Assembly: GCA_020891255.1 (NCBI GenBank)
Contig: BQFW01000014.1
Coordinates: 310,001-374,000 of the forward strand
Direction of reading: 5' to 3'
Source: Entomortierella parvispora E1425
Taxonomy: Eukaryota > Fungi > Mortierellomycota
DNA length: 64,000 nt
Position 1 is the stretch's first letter; the number at the start of each line of letters is the position of its first letter. Positions 10,307 through 23,055 of the stretch are shown in pieces. Under the pieces are notes generated by a model. The model saw only the letters and a program-made list of their open reading frames with translations. It was not told where the DNA came from and did not search any database. Made by a program: the position numbers and the translations under genes.

Positions 10307-13300
10307 TCACAGTTCCAAATATTCCATGGACAAGGAAATGGGGCAAGCTTCCTCCCCTAGGCCATGATCGCCGACATCAGCAAAGTTGGGAATAGACGTG
10401 GGCGACGGCAAGATGGGTGGTTCTCCATGATGGAACATATGATCAACCTCGAACGGATTCACGGCAGAAGAGAACAAGGGCGAAGCCGGTTGAGGCGCCA
10501 TGGCCGACGCTCGGGAATGATACAGGGACCAGACCAAGAACACGACCGAGAAGGAAATCACTGCAATCACAATCTTGTACTGTCGGAACAACCGAATCGA
10601 ACGTTGCTCCAGCTCAATCTCGTACTTGAGTCGATTCAACTAGTTTTTGTGTATGAATGTGGGACAATTAGAACAAAGATAAACCAAAAAAAAAAAATAT
10701 TCATGACCACAAACATGGCATTCCTTTCTTACATTGTCCTTGGCTGCAAGCATGATCCGCGTGCAAATCACAATCCTTTCGTTCACATCCTTCAACTTCC
10801 ACTCCACCGTTTCCGCGAGTGTCAGTCCAGTAGCCATGGAGGGCCGCAACGCAAGCTGGACTTCTTGGCTGTCTATAGCCCTGATCATATCGGTCATTAA
10901 TTTCTAAGAGAGGAGCAAGGAATGAGATTTAGTTTTTGCCCTCTTTGTTTTTTTTGTTGTTGTCAGTCACCCTTTTTACCTTTGCTTTGTCGTTCAAATG
11001 ATCCAGGGAATCCAGACTCTCTTCAATCTCCTTCATCGTTTCCTGAATACTCTCTCGCACGCAGCGCAGGTTTTCTTCCTGTAGCGCAATCCGAAGATCC
11101 ACAATCTCCAGCAGGGTATCCACCTCCCTGGAGGAATAAATCAAGAGGGGAGAAAAGGAAAAGATTATCGATGAGTCTATACATCCATATATCGAATATC
11201 ACTGCAAGAGGAGAAAAAAAAAGTAAGTCACTTACTCATTAGTGTCGTCAAGATCATAGTGGTGGTCCTGCCCCATCTTCATAAATTGGTCAAAGCTTGA
11301 TCTCTCTCTCTGAGCTTCGACACATCCTTTCCTCTTTGCGTCACATTCTATCAAAGAAAAACAAACGAGAGAGTAGAAACTAGTCAGTATTTTGGACATG
11401 GGGCAAAAATATCCTCGAGGAACGAGGAAACGGGCTTCGCGTTATTGTTACCTCCATGGTCCATGCGGCTGATAGCAAGTCGATTCAAGAACTCGTTCTT
11501 GAGCTTGGCATGCGGTGACTCGAGCCTCATGACATTGGTCTTGTCACCATTGATAATCGAGAAAACCGCCGTGTCAGCTAAAAAAGAGAGGAAAAAAATC
11601 ATTTCAAAAGTGAGCAGGCAATGCGGACGAAGACATATTGCCACTTTTAACCAGAGAAAAGATCTCATAAAAGAATCCAAAAAAGACTTACGATTGTCGT
11701 TCAGGATGGTGACCACAGCCGACGCATCAAACCGCTCGTATTCAAACTCGTGCACAACCTCGTTCAAAAACAGCTGGGGTCCATAGGTCGTCTGGTAGAC
11801 CTCCTCACGATGCTTCTGCTCTGCCTTGTTCCATCGCTCTTCCTCTTCCAGCCGTCGGCGTTCCATTTCTATACGTTGCTGCTCCTTGGTGCCGGTCCAG
11901 GATCGTTTTCGGTGATGGTGCAACGACGGCCTCTGAGGAATAAAAGCCATTGGCCGACCTGCGACTGCCTTTGGGCTAGCCAAATCCCCACTGTAGACGT
12001 TGCTGCCATTGTAGAAATGACCTCCTGCACTCAGCGGACCACTAAAGCTCGCATTCTTTGTTCCGCTGCGATGCAAGCCGCCCTTTTCTAACCTCAGGCC
12101 ACTCTTTTCCAACTTCACCAGCAGAGGTTCCAGTTTGTTTGAGGTCCGATCGGGGACACCAATGATACTCTTCACCAGGGCATTGTTAAGAGTCCCCTCG
12201 GGGTTGTATCGCTGCTCCAGATACCCTGTGCTTCGTTTGTGAGGACTGCTCAGAGGTCTCGCGAGCGCTCCATGATGAGGACTGGCCGCATCCCAGGCAA
12301 CAACCGATCGCAGAATATCACCGCTTCTTTCCTCTGACGCGCTATGCCAACCTGGATCTTCTCGGGTAGCCGTGGTCCTAGACATCGCGCCCGAAGACCC
12401 GTCCACGGTCGCAAATTTACCCAGAGTCGTCACCATTGGTTCTGAAACGCCATGCTGCAATCCTGGATCAGTCGGTGGTTGTGAACTTGCATTCCAGATG
12501 GATCCAAACTTCAAACTCCTTTCTCGCTCCTCTCGCAGGGCCTTGGTCTTGGCTTCCAGTCCACGATATGTCACATAGGTATCCCGAAAGTATTGTCCGC
12601 AAAGTGTGTTTAGACCCATCGGCAGTTTCTTATATTCAACATGGTCTCCGACCACCCGAAAGATGTAATAGCCCTGGAATTTCGAATTTTGGAGCGATTC
12701 GAACAAGAATGTCTTTGATACAAAGGCCGCAATAGCCGCTTTCGTGGTAGCGTGGTTTTGTTGTTGGAGTTGCTGGTGTAGTTGATGGTGTAGCTGCTGC
12801 TGATGTTGCAGTTGGTGAATCAACACCTGGTGTTGTTGTAATTTGACATGATTCTGTGATCCGTAAAATTGAGGTACGGGTGCAGTCGAGGTTGACATGC
12901 CAGATCCTGCTGTGCTTGATGGTGTAATATGAGAGACCGATGGTGTCGATGGTGTTTGAGAATGGTGTGGTGGTGGCCCATGTGATTTCGAGACTGGCGC
13001 CAACGCTTTGAATTCGCGGACAAAACTCTCGGGCAAAGGTGGCAGTTCCGTCACGAGCACGTTGGGGTTGTTCTTGTGCTCCAGTCGAGCATTTCGCAAA
13101 GCCGGCGAGGGGACAGAAGAAGGCGTCGCTGCTGTATCTGGCATCCAGACTGACTGCAGTTCCCGTCTGCCTTCTTCTCCAGTAGATCGACTGCGACGAC
13201 GTGGCTGAAACGTTGAAAGAAAAGTGTGGTGTTTATGGCCTCCGTGTCGAGATCCTCCTTCCCTCATGGTCAAATTGAGGAGGCCTCCACCAACTGATTT

Positions 13301-14923
13301 CGGCGTAGATGAATCCTCGTCATCTGTTACCGCTGGCCTGAGCATTCCATTTGCCAAGGAATGTGATTTTTTCGTCAGACGCCTTCTCCTTTTGCCCATG
13401 CGTAAGGCGTTGTTGTGGGAAGGTTGATCGTCGCCCGATAAAAACTCTCGAAAGGAAGTTCCTGCCTGTAATGATTTCGAATTCTTGTGGGAGCCGCGAT
13501 GGTCGAGCGTTGGGAAACCAGGCATGCCACGATTTCCGGAAGAAGGCGAGTGTTGATTCGAGAGACCGACGCCGACGCCTTTGAACAGGTCCTTGAATCG
13601 CATGTGGGATGGTTCTTTGTGAGACTCCATTCCGGTCGGGGTCGGCTCTGTGGAGGTGTTGGAGAGCGGAGAGTGCTTGGTGGGGCCAACGAAAGGGTGA
13701 GGTGGGGGAGGGGGAAGACTTGGGTCCGTGCTGGTGGAGGGTTGTTTGACCCGGAAAGAAGAGTACCGCTGGGCAATTCCGCCGCTGTTGAAGATTGTCT
13801 CTGGTTCCTTTTCTAAAATAGATATCGCTGTGAGTACGATTGCTTCCTTTCCTCATATCCACACACACACACACACACACACCATAGAGCATCCATCACT
13901 ACCACATGCTTCTCAATATGATCCTGTTTCCTCTCTTTGTACTGTCCACATCCTATCCCATTCTATATTCATCCAAAACCCACCAAAAGCTGCCTCGGAA
14001 TCACTTTCACCGCTAGTAAACGCGATTGGGCCCTCCCTGGAGGTCGACCCCTGTCGATGACGAAGTTTCCGTAACCGGCTCTTCAGTCCCTTCTTGGCCG
14101 GTTTTCCTGCACTGACGCTCTTGCGCAGGTTGCTCGGCTGGAACCATTGACCAGCATTATTAAATTCCGTCGAAAAGCCTCCTCCGTGGCGATTGGCTGT
14201 TCCAGTTCCTGTGCCTGTGCCTGAACTTGCGCCTTCAGGATCGCTGAAGGGTGCCATGCGCGGTGAATATGAACTCTTCATGCTCCCAAACGGATGATAC
14301 GACGGACGCTGCTGTGCCTCTCTCTTTTTCGAGCTGTTGGACCGCACCATGGGCGGACGGCCTCCTGAAGAAGTACGATACAGTCCATAGGGAGCACCAA
14401 ACGAGATCAAATGCGCGCTGCCTCCTGTGACCTCAACTGGACCTCCAGAGGCGCTGCCTGTCGCAGTCCTTGGTGATGCCGAGGAAGGATGTTCGAAAGG
14501 AGTCGAGGGTGTGGAGGAGAAGAACGTCGGTAGATAGTTGGTGGTGGGGACCCCTGAGGGCGAAGTCAGCATACCGCCAGCGATCGCGTTCCGAAAGCCG
14601 AGTGCGTCCGTGCTGATGCTGCCGGCCGAGAGGGCTCTTGCGGACATGCGGGAATCCGAGGTGCGTCTATGGGGAGTCGGTGCGGTGGCCGTTCTCTGTG
14701 GTGTTGGTGACGATGGCAAGGAGGCATCGACAGCTGTGGCAGACTGGGAACGAGAAGAGAAGAAGGAAGGTCCTGCGCGTGGACTGGATGGGGCAGATGC
14801 AGAGGATGACTTTTTCTTCTGGCTGTTGGCCAAGGATGGCGACATCCGGGGCTGATGGAGGTCGCCCAGAGAATCGAGGGTGTCGATGCGAGGGGGCCAA
14901 CTGGTGAAGTACCCGGTGTGCAT
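10307..14923 (-). CDS. Large hypothetical protein (~1316 aa): disordered N-terminus, possible PH-like fold, coiled coil, C-terminal TM helix
   Basis: Exons 14923-13984, 13812-11692, 11577-11452, 11347-11236, 11127-10980, 10903-10733, 10639-10307; splice phases are mutually consistent and total 3951 nt. Hydrophobic IVIAVISFSVVFLVWSLY near the C-terminus. Exon 1 donor (gtgggt) is the least certain. Confidence 0.7.
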
Positions 14924-15136
14924 GGTGTGGGTATAAATATATATATGTATATGGGTATATGTGGGTTGAATGAAGGAGTGAGTGGCCTTGCGAGGACAGA
15001 GTCCCGAAGGAGGAGGATGGAAGAGAGGAAGAGAGGAAGAGAAGGGAAAGAAAAGAGGGAAGGATGCAATTAAAGAGAAGGAAGGAAGGAGAGAAGGAAG
15101 GAAGTGATGAATGCAAGGAATGCCAATGACACAGAG

Positions 15137-15230
15137 ATGAAGGAAGGAAGGAAGGAAGGAAGGAAGGAAGGAAGGAAGGAAGGAACAAAGGATCAAAGGA
15201 AAAAGAAGCACGCGCTCGCACCCTTGCGAC

Positions 15231-15290
<60 letters not shown>
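15137..15290. repeat. (GGAA)n and (CT)n microsatellites upstream of the 14923 gene
   Basis: Directly visible tracts at ~15137-15183 and ~15234-15290. Confidence 0.9.
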
Positions 15291-16052
15291 TCAATCCTGT
15301 GCGACCTTGCTTTGAAAGACAGCAGGAACTGAGCCCTCGTTCGACCTCCGGTCATTTGCCCACCCTCGGTCAATGGTCCTTTGCCTGCCTCGAATGGATG
15401 TCTCCCCGGAAGACGTACATGTACCCTCCCTCTCTCTCTGTCATGACCTGGCACTCATGGCGCCACACTTGCTGGACCCCATGAGCGGGGACTCAAACCA
15501 TCCGCGTTAATGTCATTTTAGGTAACCTTGTCGTTCTGTCTTCCGACGAACCACAGGCGCGTGCTTAAAATGAACAGGCTGCACTGACTGCACTGACTGC
15601 ACTGAAGAAGAACAGAGATCGCGTCATCATGACCACACGAACCATCCTGTCCTTTTCTTTTCTGGCTCTCACCAGGCAGAGCAACTGGTGTATTGTAGAA
15701 CCCTTATTAGAGCCATCACCCGTCCGTGTCCAGCGCCACCACCAAAGGACCTGGTGCGACATGTCGATGTTGAAAATAGAAACTATCAAGGTCACCCTCT
15801 TCAAGCTGGTTCAGGGACATGGAGACAACTCCTTAGAGGGGGTTGGAGGCACACATCTCGACGCGTCCTGGGATGCATCCTTGCAGGTGACCCTGGGGAC
15901 ACCGTCAAGGACCTCACCCCTCACAGATTCTGTTAAAAATACACAAAGGATATGACCAGGGGATGAATGAAGGCAAGAGTGTTTATTACTTCTGGGCCAA
16001 TGTACAATAGTGGGGCAATGGGCAACTTCCTGCTGCTCTCAAGACCTTTTTT

Positions 16053-17816
16053 TTAACAATACCACCGCTCCCAGGCTTCACGAATGTCCTCGTCGGGTAC
16101 AAAATTGATCTTTTTGATCTCGGAGAATCCCTCGGCCAAGGTCGGTTCCTGATACTTTTTGGCGTACGAAGCAAAAACCATCTCCGAGAGACGCTCACGC
16201 GCAGGTTCATCTCGGACCTTGGTCACGGTCACCACCTTTTTGATCGACGTGGTGGTCGAACTCGATCTCGTCTCAGTATCCTCTCCAATGCTGTTGGTCG
16301 TGGCCGTAGTGGTGCTTGAGGTCGTGGTGGTCACCGTGTTAGCGACTGGAGGCGAGTCTCTATTCCTCTTTTGAACCTTTTGAGCAGCCTCGATCAAAGG
16401 ACGATGGAAGGCTCTGAAATAATTGTTATGGGTCGCCAAGTCCTTGTCCGCCACAAACAAAAAGCATCGGATGGGGACATTGTGCTTTTTGGCGAGTGCA
16501 ATATACGGGGCGCGTGCGATCTTGTCTGGGTTCGTGTTGTCAATCACCACCGCCTTGGATTTCTGTAGACTCTCATCCACAGCCTTGATGCATTTCTCCC
16601 GCGACTTGAGCGTGTCCTGATTGACATATTCGTACCGTCCAGTCGAGAGGATGTGCTTTTGGGCAAAAGAGCTTTTGCCAGAGGCGGGGAATCCACAAAA
16701 CAAAATCACTTCGCATGTTCCTGATTCTGGCAAGAGCGGGGTCGAGGAAGGTGAGAAGAGAGGCATCTGTTTGGGCCAGACCTTGGGGTCGAATTTCCCG
16801 AACGACCACTTTTCTTCCGGACAGTGTTGGTTCAGGAAAAAGTGCTCAGGAGTATGGAATGCAATCCCGAGACTCACGGCAAACTTGCTATATGGGATTC
16901 AAAAAATAAATAAAAAATTAAAGATAATTCTTTGTGTAGGATCCCTCGTCCGATCCAGATCAAGAAACTTACCGATCCGTGTTGTTAAAGTCTTTGACTG
17001 CACCCACCTTCCAGCCGTCATGTCGTCCTGCTGCATCGCCCACATAGTAGCTCTGGTCGTCGTCTAAAGTCCCATGTAATTTTTTGCTGTTAATATAAAG
17101 GTATTCGCTTTCCGTCTGTCTTGTTGACGAGTAGAATGATATAAATCGTCGTAAAGAACCTACCAATGTGGATACCATCCTCCTCGAATTTGGTCTCGAG
17201 CCAGTGCCACAGTCCCGTCATTGGTTTGCGGTAATGATCCTTTTGCATACTGATGAGGATCCACATGGGCAGCTGCAACTGTCCACATATCTTTTCCATC
17301 TTGAGCTTGAACTCTTTTTGCTTTTCTACTTTGCCGTCCAGTCCGTTCTGATTCGTGATGATGACGAGAATATAGCCTTCATCCGCCAGTTCTTTCAAGC
17401 GTCCTGGAACGGATGTGTTCCACCAGACCCAATCGTCCGCATTCTTGGGCCATTTGTGCTTTCCATTGACTGAAATTAAAGTCGAGTCCTACAATCGGCA
17501 AGTCGTGTTTTGTAAGTATCCATTAAACAAAGATAGCTATCCAAGAATAGAGACGACAAGAGACGGTGGATTTCCTTACAAGATCAAATGCGGCGACTTT
17601 GGGACCAGCTTTGGGAGCATAGGCTTGCCCGATAATGAAACTTGTTCCATAGGTTTTCCAGTCGATAACAGCATTCACAGCAGCAGAGGTCGACTTTTTA
17701 TCAAAGATCGAGAACATGGGCTTCTTGGCCGGTATCGGGTTTGCGGCATCGTCAGTGTTGCTTCGCCGGCGAGAAGTCTTTCCAGGAGAGGAGGAGGCAG
17801 ATCCGGAAGAGGACAT
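16053..17816 (-). CDS. PNKP: Bifunctional polynucleotide kinase 3'-phosphatase (~495 aa)
   Basis: Exons 17816-17580, 17488-17164, 17063-16973, 16887-16053. HAD motif AAFDLDSTL spans intron 1; ITNQNG, YRKP, YVGDAAGR, DRKFA; kinase P-loop CGFPASGKS; YVNQDTLK, VIDNTNP. Confidence 0.93.
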
Positions 17817-18650
17817 GATAGAGGCAGGAACGCGTGTTTTTCTGGGAGAGCGCGGTCGAGGAGCGGCAGAGAAAGGAGAGGGGAAGGTGGAAAAAGAGGA
17901 AGAATAGGCGGTCAGGGATAGACAGAGAGGAGGAATGTAGAGTCTATTGAAGGAGGAGGAGGAGGAGGAGGAGGAGGAGGAGGAGAAAGAAAGAAAAGAA
18001 TGAGCTTTGCGGAAGGGGATGAAGGCGAGGCAAGGGCGCATTCAATGGCGTGAAGGGTGGAAGAGGACAATGAAAGAGAGGAAAGGGAATAATAATGGGC
18101 GTTGCGCCACCAGTGAGTCGGGGCGTCTCTTTTTTGCCACCACTTTTTGTCGTTTTGTCTTTTTTCTTGTGCCTTCTTTCAGACTTTGTCCTCTTTCTGC
18201 ACCGACTGACATGGATGATAGAGAGGAGGAAGAGAGAGGAGGAAGAGAGGAGGAAGAGAGGAGGAAGAAATAAAGGAAGGAAGGAAGGATGCATGCATGC
18301 ATGTGTTCACCCCCCCCCCCCCTTGGAGAGTCTTCTCCCCCCCTTTCATTCCAACCCACAGGCACCCACCCCAGCAGAGAACACCCAGAACAGAACACGC
18401 AGAGTGAGAAAAAGCACACACACAGTGACACAGACACTCCAAATCACGTGCACAATCAATCCATCTCAATCTAAGCCACACACATCCGGATTTCCGAACC
18501 AGAGCGAAAAGGCAGACACACCAACAGGGATCAACACAGGTGAAATGCGGTCTCCATCTCGGTGTCTTTTCTTTGTCCGTCATCTTCTCTCTCCTCTCTC
18601 CTCTCTCTCCTCATCCATCCCTTCTCCCCCACCCTTCTCGAGAACACATC

Positions 18651-19890
18651 ATGTCCTCGCGCATCGCCACCGCCGCCCTCCGCGTCGCCTCGACCAGAGG
18701 TACTACTTTGCTCCTTGCACTCCTGCTGTCCGGCTAGATGCCTGATCGCGGAAACAAAATGATTCATCCCTTCGGACATCGGACATCCACATCGGACAAT
18801 GGGGCCCTGGATTGAATTCATCACCTGCCTACTCGCCACACCATCACGGAACTGTCTCCCGCCCCTACTCCCTTGAAACATCTCGGAATGACTCTCAGAG
18901 ATCTATTCTATTCCAGTCGGATCAGTCATGTCTTTTACCGCCGGATGGACTTGCATCGTCACCTTCACGCGCATGACCACAGGACCGATCGCGCATGGAA
19001 ACGTACATGGATCCCAAAAGTGCTAATCCCAGTCTCCTCGTTTGCTTTCCTCAATAGCCATCCCCGCCAGGATCCCTGCCATCATGATGGCTCGTTCCCA
19101 GCTCCACTCTTCTGCCGCCGTCCATAACTGTAAGCATAGGAGGCCAAGGAGAGAGACCTTGTCACAGAGAGGATCTATGCAGGAAACAAGCCAGGGAACA
19201 ATCGACAGAAACAGACATGGATACTGACCCCCTTCTTCTACCCAACATCTTTCATGAATATTGACAGCCGCCACTGGACCAAGGATCCACGAGAAGGCTG
19301 ATCCCGAAGTGAAGACGACTGTCACAGCCATGCACGAGTACGGCAAATACCTCACCTCGGTCCTCCCCAAATACATCCAGCAGTTCTCCGTCTACAAGGA
19401 TGAGCTCACCATCTATGTTGCCCCCACCGCCTTGTTGCCCGTCATGGAGTTCTTGCGCGACCACACCAACGCTCAGTTCAAGCAGGTCATGGATGTGTGC
19501 GGAGTCGACTACCCCTCGCGCCCCAACCGCTTCGAGGTCGTCTACAACTGCTTGTCGATTCGCTTCAACGGTCGTATCCGTGTCAAGACCTACGCCAACG
19601 AGGTCTCCCCCGTCCCCTCCCTTACTGGATTGTTCAACTCTGTCAACTGGTTCGAGCGTGAGGCTTGGGACATGTACGGAATCTTCTTTACTGGACACCC
19701 CGATTTGAGACGTATCTTGACCGATTACGGATTCGAGGGTCACCCTCTCAGGAAAGATTTCCCCTTGACCGGTTACGTCGAGGTCAGATACGATGATGAG
19801 AAGAAGCGCGTTGTGGTCGAGCCCGTCGAGTTGGCCCAGGCCTTCCGTAACTTTGAGGGTGCTGCCTCTCCTTGGGAGCAAGTCGGGTAA
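18651..19890 (+). CDS. NDUFS3: NADH:ubiquinone oxidoreductase 30 kDa subunit (~247 aa) with mitochondrial presequence
   Basis: Exons 18651-18699, 19058-19129, 19268-19890. Motifs [46 protein letters not shown]; Arg/Ala-rich N-terminal leader. Confidence 0.96.
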
Positions 19891-20939
19891 GAAGAGGCTT
19901 TGGAAACAAATGAATGGATTTTTGTTTGGAGCCTACGACGCAGCCATGCAGGATGACGGATCCACTAACAATTCGATCTCTTTGTTTTCTACAACAAATA
20001 TTTAGACCTGGTCGTGATGACAAGCCAGCTCTCCCTGCTGCCCCCGAGACCCCCAAGGCCTAAATACGGGGTTTTGTTCTTTACAATAGTACACCTACTC
20101 TTTGACTCCTTTTTCTTTATGCCACTCGATACACCACCACCCCTCCCCTCCTCACAATATCCAAGTCAGTCTTTTATCAAATACACAAATGCATGTCGCC
20201 ATGCGAAAATACACTTCTTCACTCTTTTTTTATTAACTTAGACCTTTTCCCAATCTGCCAATTGCCCGCGCCTTGTCAAGGTCCAAGGGCGATACCATCC
20301 GGCGCGTGAAATCAATAAAAACCAATTACAACATTTTAACACGGGCGGTGAACGTAGAAACCTCAGTGGTTTCTAGGAATGGCGACATTTTTGGCCAAGG
20401 GAATCTATGGTTTGAAATGATGGCTGGTTTCCGGCGTAAAACTTGGCAGGGATCTTGTCAGGGCGAGTGTTTTTTTTTTTTTTTTTTTTTTTTTTGGCAA
20501 AATCCAAAGCATCCAAGATGTCAACGGCAGCGCACAGACGATAATTGGAATCAGAAAAGCGCCGCGTCTCTTTTATTGTTTTTCTCGAGTCCATGCGGCC
20601 TGGCTATTGAACCTATTGAACTTACGGGACTTTGACTTGCCGCAGCTGATGATCCCCTCGAGTATCTCTCCAGATGCCATAGGGCGAATGCTCAGAGCCA
20701 AGGCTAATTGGCAAAGAAAAAATCCCAAGAAAATATGCCAAGGCGGACACTTTTTCCAAGGAAGGTGACAAATGCTTGCCATATTAAGACGAGTTTTCGT
20801 GCAATGTTCCACCATTCGCTTCTTGAGTCAACTGGTATAAAAGATCAACGCGCCGCCCTCTCTTCCTTTTACTTTTCTTTCCACGCAACTCTTCCTTCCT
20901 CACCCACCCACTGTTCTAAAGATCCTTTACTTTCGCACC

Positions 20940-23055
20940 ATGACCGCAACTCAATCTCAATCCAACTCGACCGAGCCAATCGATCTGGGCAATGGCTTGA
21001 TCATGCGCTGGTCCACTGCCGCTGACATTGACAATTTGGCAAAGCTTTTGAGCGAGTCCTTCAGAGTAAGAGACGATCACACGTCTGGACGAAGATCGAG
21101 TGTGGATCTGTTTTCAGAAAGAGACAATGAACGCGACCCTAAACAACTCACACAAGTGACATTTCTTTCCCTGCAGTGGTTGGGAATTGGAGATCCACTT
21201 CCCAAGGACGCGATCCCTCCACCCAATGAATTTATCAAGTCTGCCACCGTAAGACCACTTCTCCCTTTCTACCTTGCGTAGACACTCTTTTGTCGTCGTG
21301 CCTGATTATTCTTAACCATTGCCTGCATGCCTCACACAACCTAAAAAAAAAAATAGTCATTGTTGATGAGCGGAAAGAGCGTGGCCATGAGCGAATATGA
21401 CTATGCACTTGTAGAGGACACTCAGCGTGGCAAGGGCGCCAATCCAGTCGTGGCCTGCGTCTGTCTTCACCATGTCAAGGCTTATTATGGCTCCGTCGAT
21501 GTGACTTTTGGCAAGCCAGAGCTGGTTGCCACCGACCCGGTAAGCAGAAAGAATGAATCATTTTTTTTTGCGCAGTTCTACCCCTCTTGCATCATCTTTC
21601 AACAGCCAAGACCAAGACTGGGTTCTAACCTCAAAGTGCCTTCATCCGACTCCTTAGGACTACCGTAACCAGGGATTGGTCCGGAAACTCATGCTTCAGA
21701 TGATCCATCCCAAGTCGGACGCCCGAGGACATGTTCTTCAAGTCATTCCTGGTATCTCGCACTTTTATCGGTAAGCTATTATAAATCAATCCCCATTTCT
21801 ATGTCAAGGAGGTTTTCTACTTGTCCCAGACGATCATTTCCTAACTCGTGGTCGATTCTCCCTCTTTTTTTTTTTGCACTCCTCCCCCCCGCGCCCTACC
21901 TCCCGCCCCACTGACGTCTATTTCCCTTTTTTCAGTCAATTCGGGTACGAGTACGGTCTCTGCACGTACACTGGGTTCGATATCGAGAGCTCAGATGTCC
22001 TCCCTCCCCTCGACAAGACAAAGTACTCGACCGAGCCTTACACGCTGCGTGAGGCCACGATCTCGGATTTGCCGCTTCTCAACCGTCTCTCGACCCCTCA
22101 AGCCCGACACGCGAATGCGGTCGTGGGTCAATACTACACCCCCGAGTTTTGGCAATATGTGGTCCATGACGTTCACCAGATCAACAAGAGTCGTTTTCTT
22201 GGGGATCGGGATACCCGGATCATTGTCGAAACGGCGACGGGAAGAGAGGTGGGCTTCACCAATACGTCGACCGTGTTCTTTGGTCATAGGTTGCAGGCCA
22301 TGGCCTTGGAAGAGGATGCCACATATTTGGACGTTGCGTACCCGGTCCTGAGACAGCTGTTTGATATCGCCAAGGAACGTCGCGCCAAGACGATCAAGAA
22401 TCGCCCTGTTCTTCCTCCTTCTCATTCTTCCACAGAGACAAAGGAAGACAAAGAAGCAACGACGACGGCCGAGACTGCGTCCGAGAAAACCGCCGCAGCG
22501 CCCGAGCCTCGCCTTTCGATGAATTTGAACTTGCACGAAAAGCACCCGTTGGTGGTCTTGTTGGGCCGCAAGGCGAAGCAAGATCCCGAGGAAATCAACC
22601 CAGGCTTCCGACTCTACACCCGTATCGGCAGCTACCCAAGCTTCATCCTCAAGGTCGCCCCCGAGCTCGAAGCCCGATTGGCGGCCTCGGCCCTCGCGGG
22701 CATCTCTGGTCGTTTGCGACTGGACTTTTTCCGGTCTGTGGAAGGCTGTGCGGCCAAGGGATTGGAGGTGTTTATCGAAAAGGGAAAGATCACACAAGCA
22801 CAGGGCTGGACCAACCCTGGACCGGAGAAGTTGTTGGAGGAGCGCATGAAGTGGAAGGCGGCGGGCAATGAACCAAAAGTCTACGATGCTGCGTTCCCAC
22901 CTTTGGTGTTTACCATGTTGCTCACAGGTCGACAGAGTCTGAAGGATCTGTATTTGGCGTATGGCGATGTCGATATTTGGGGCCACGAGACTAGGTTGTT
23001 GTTGAACACACTGTTCCCCAAGGGAGAGCACTTCTTGGATCTGTTCTGCTGGTAG
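20940..23055 (+). CDS. Eis-like GNAT acetyltransferase, paralogue 2 (~537 aa)
   Basis: Exons 20940-21065, 21177-21248, 21357-21539, 21658-21770, 21936-23055. MRWSTAADIDNLAKLLSESFR is identical to paralogue 1; PELVATDPDYRNQG, FYRQFGYEY; C-terminus LFPKGEHFLDLFCW vs LFPKGDHHFDLFCW. Confidence 0.8.

Noticed and set aside
15330-15360. T-loop-like GTTCGACC sequence suggesting a tRNA
   Set aside because: No cloverleaf stems or A-box; other GTTCGA hits lie inside coding exons.
18700-19057. Intronic snoRNA in the long NDUFS3 intron
   Set aside because: No RUGAUGA/CUGA pair with a terminal stem and no clear H/ACA structure.
19252-19881. 209-aa antisense ORF over NDUFS3 (likewise 374-aa ORFs antisense to GNAT-2 and 370-aa antisense to AOX)
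   Set aside because: Shadow ORFs expected from strong codon bias on the sense strand.
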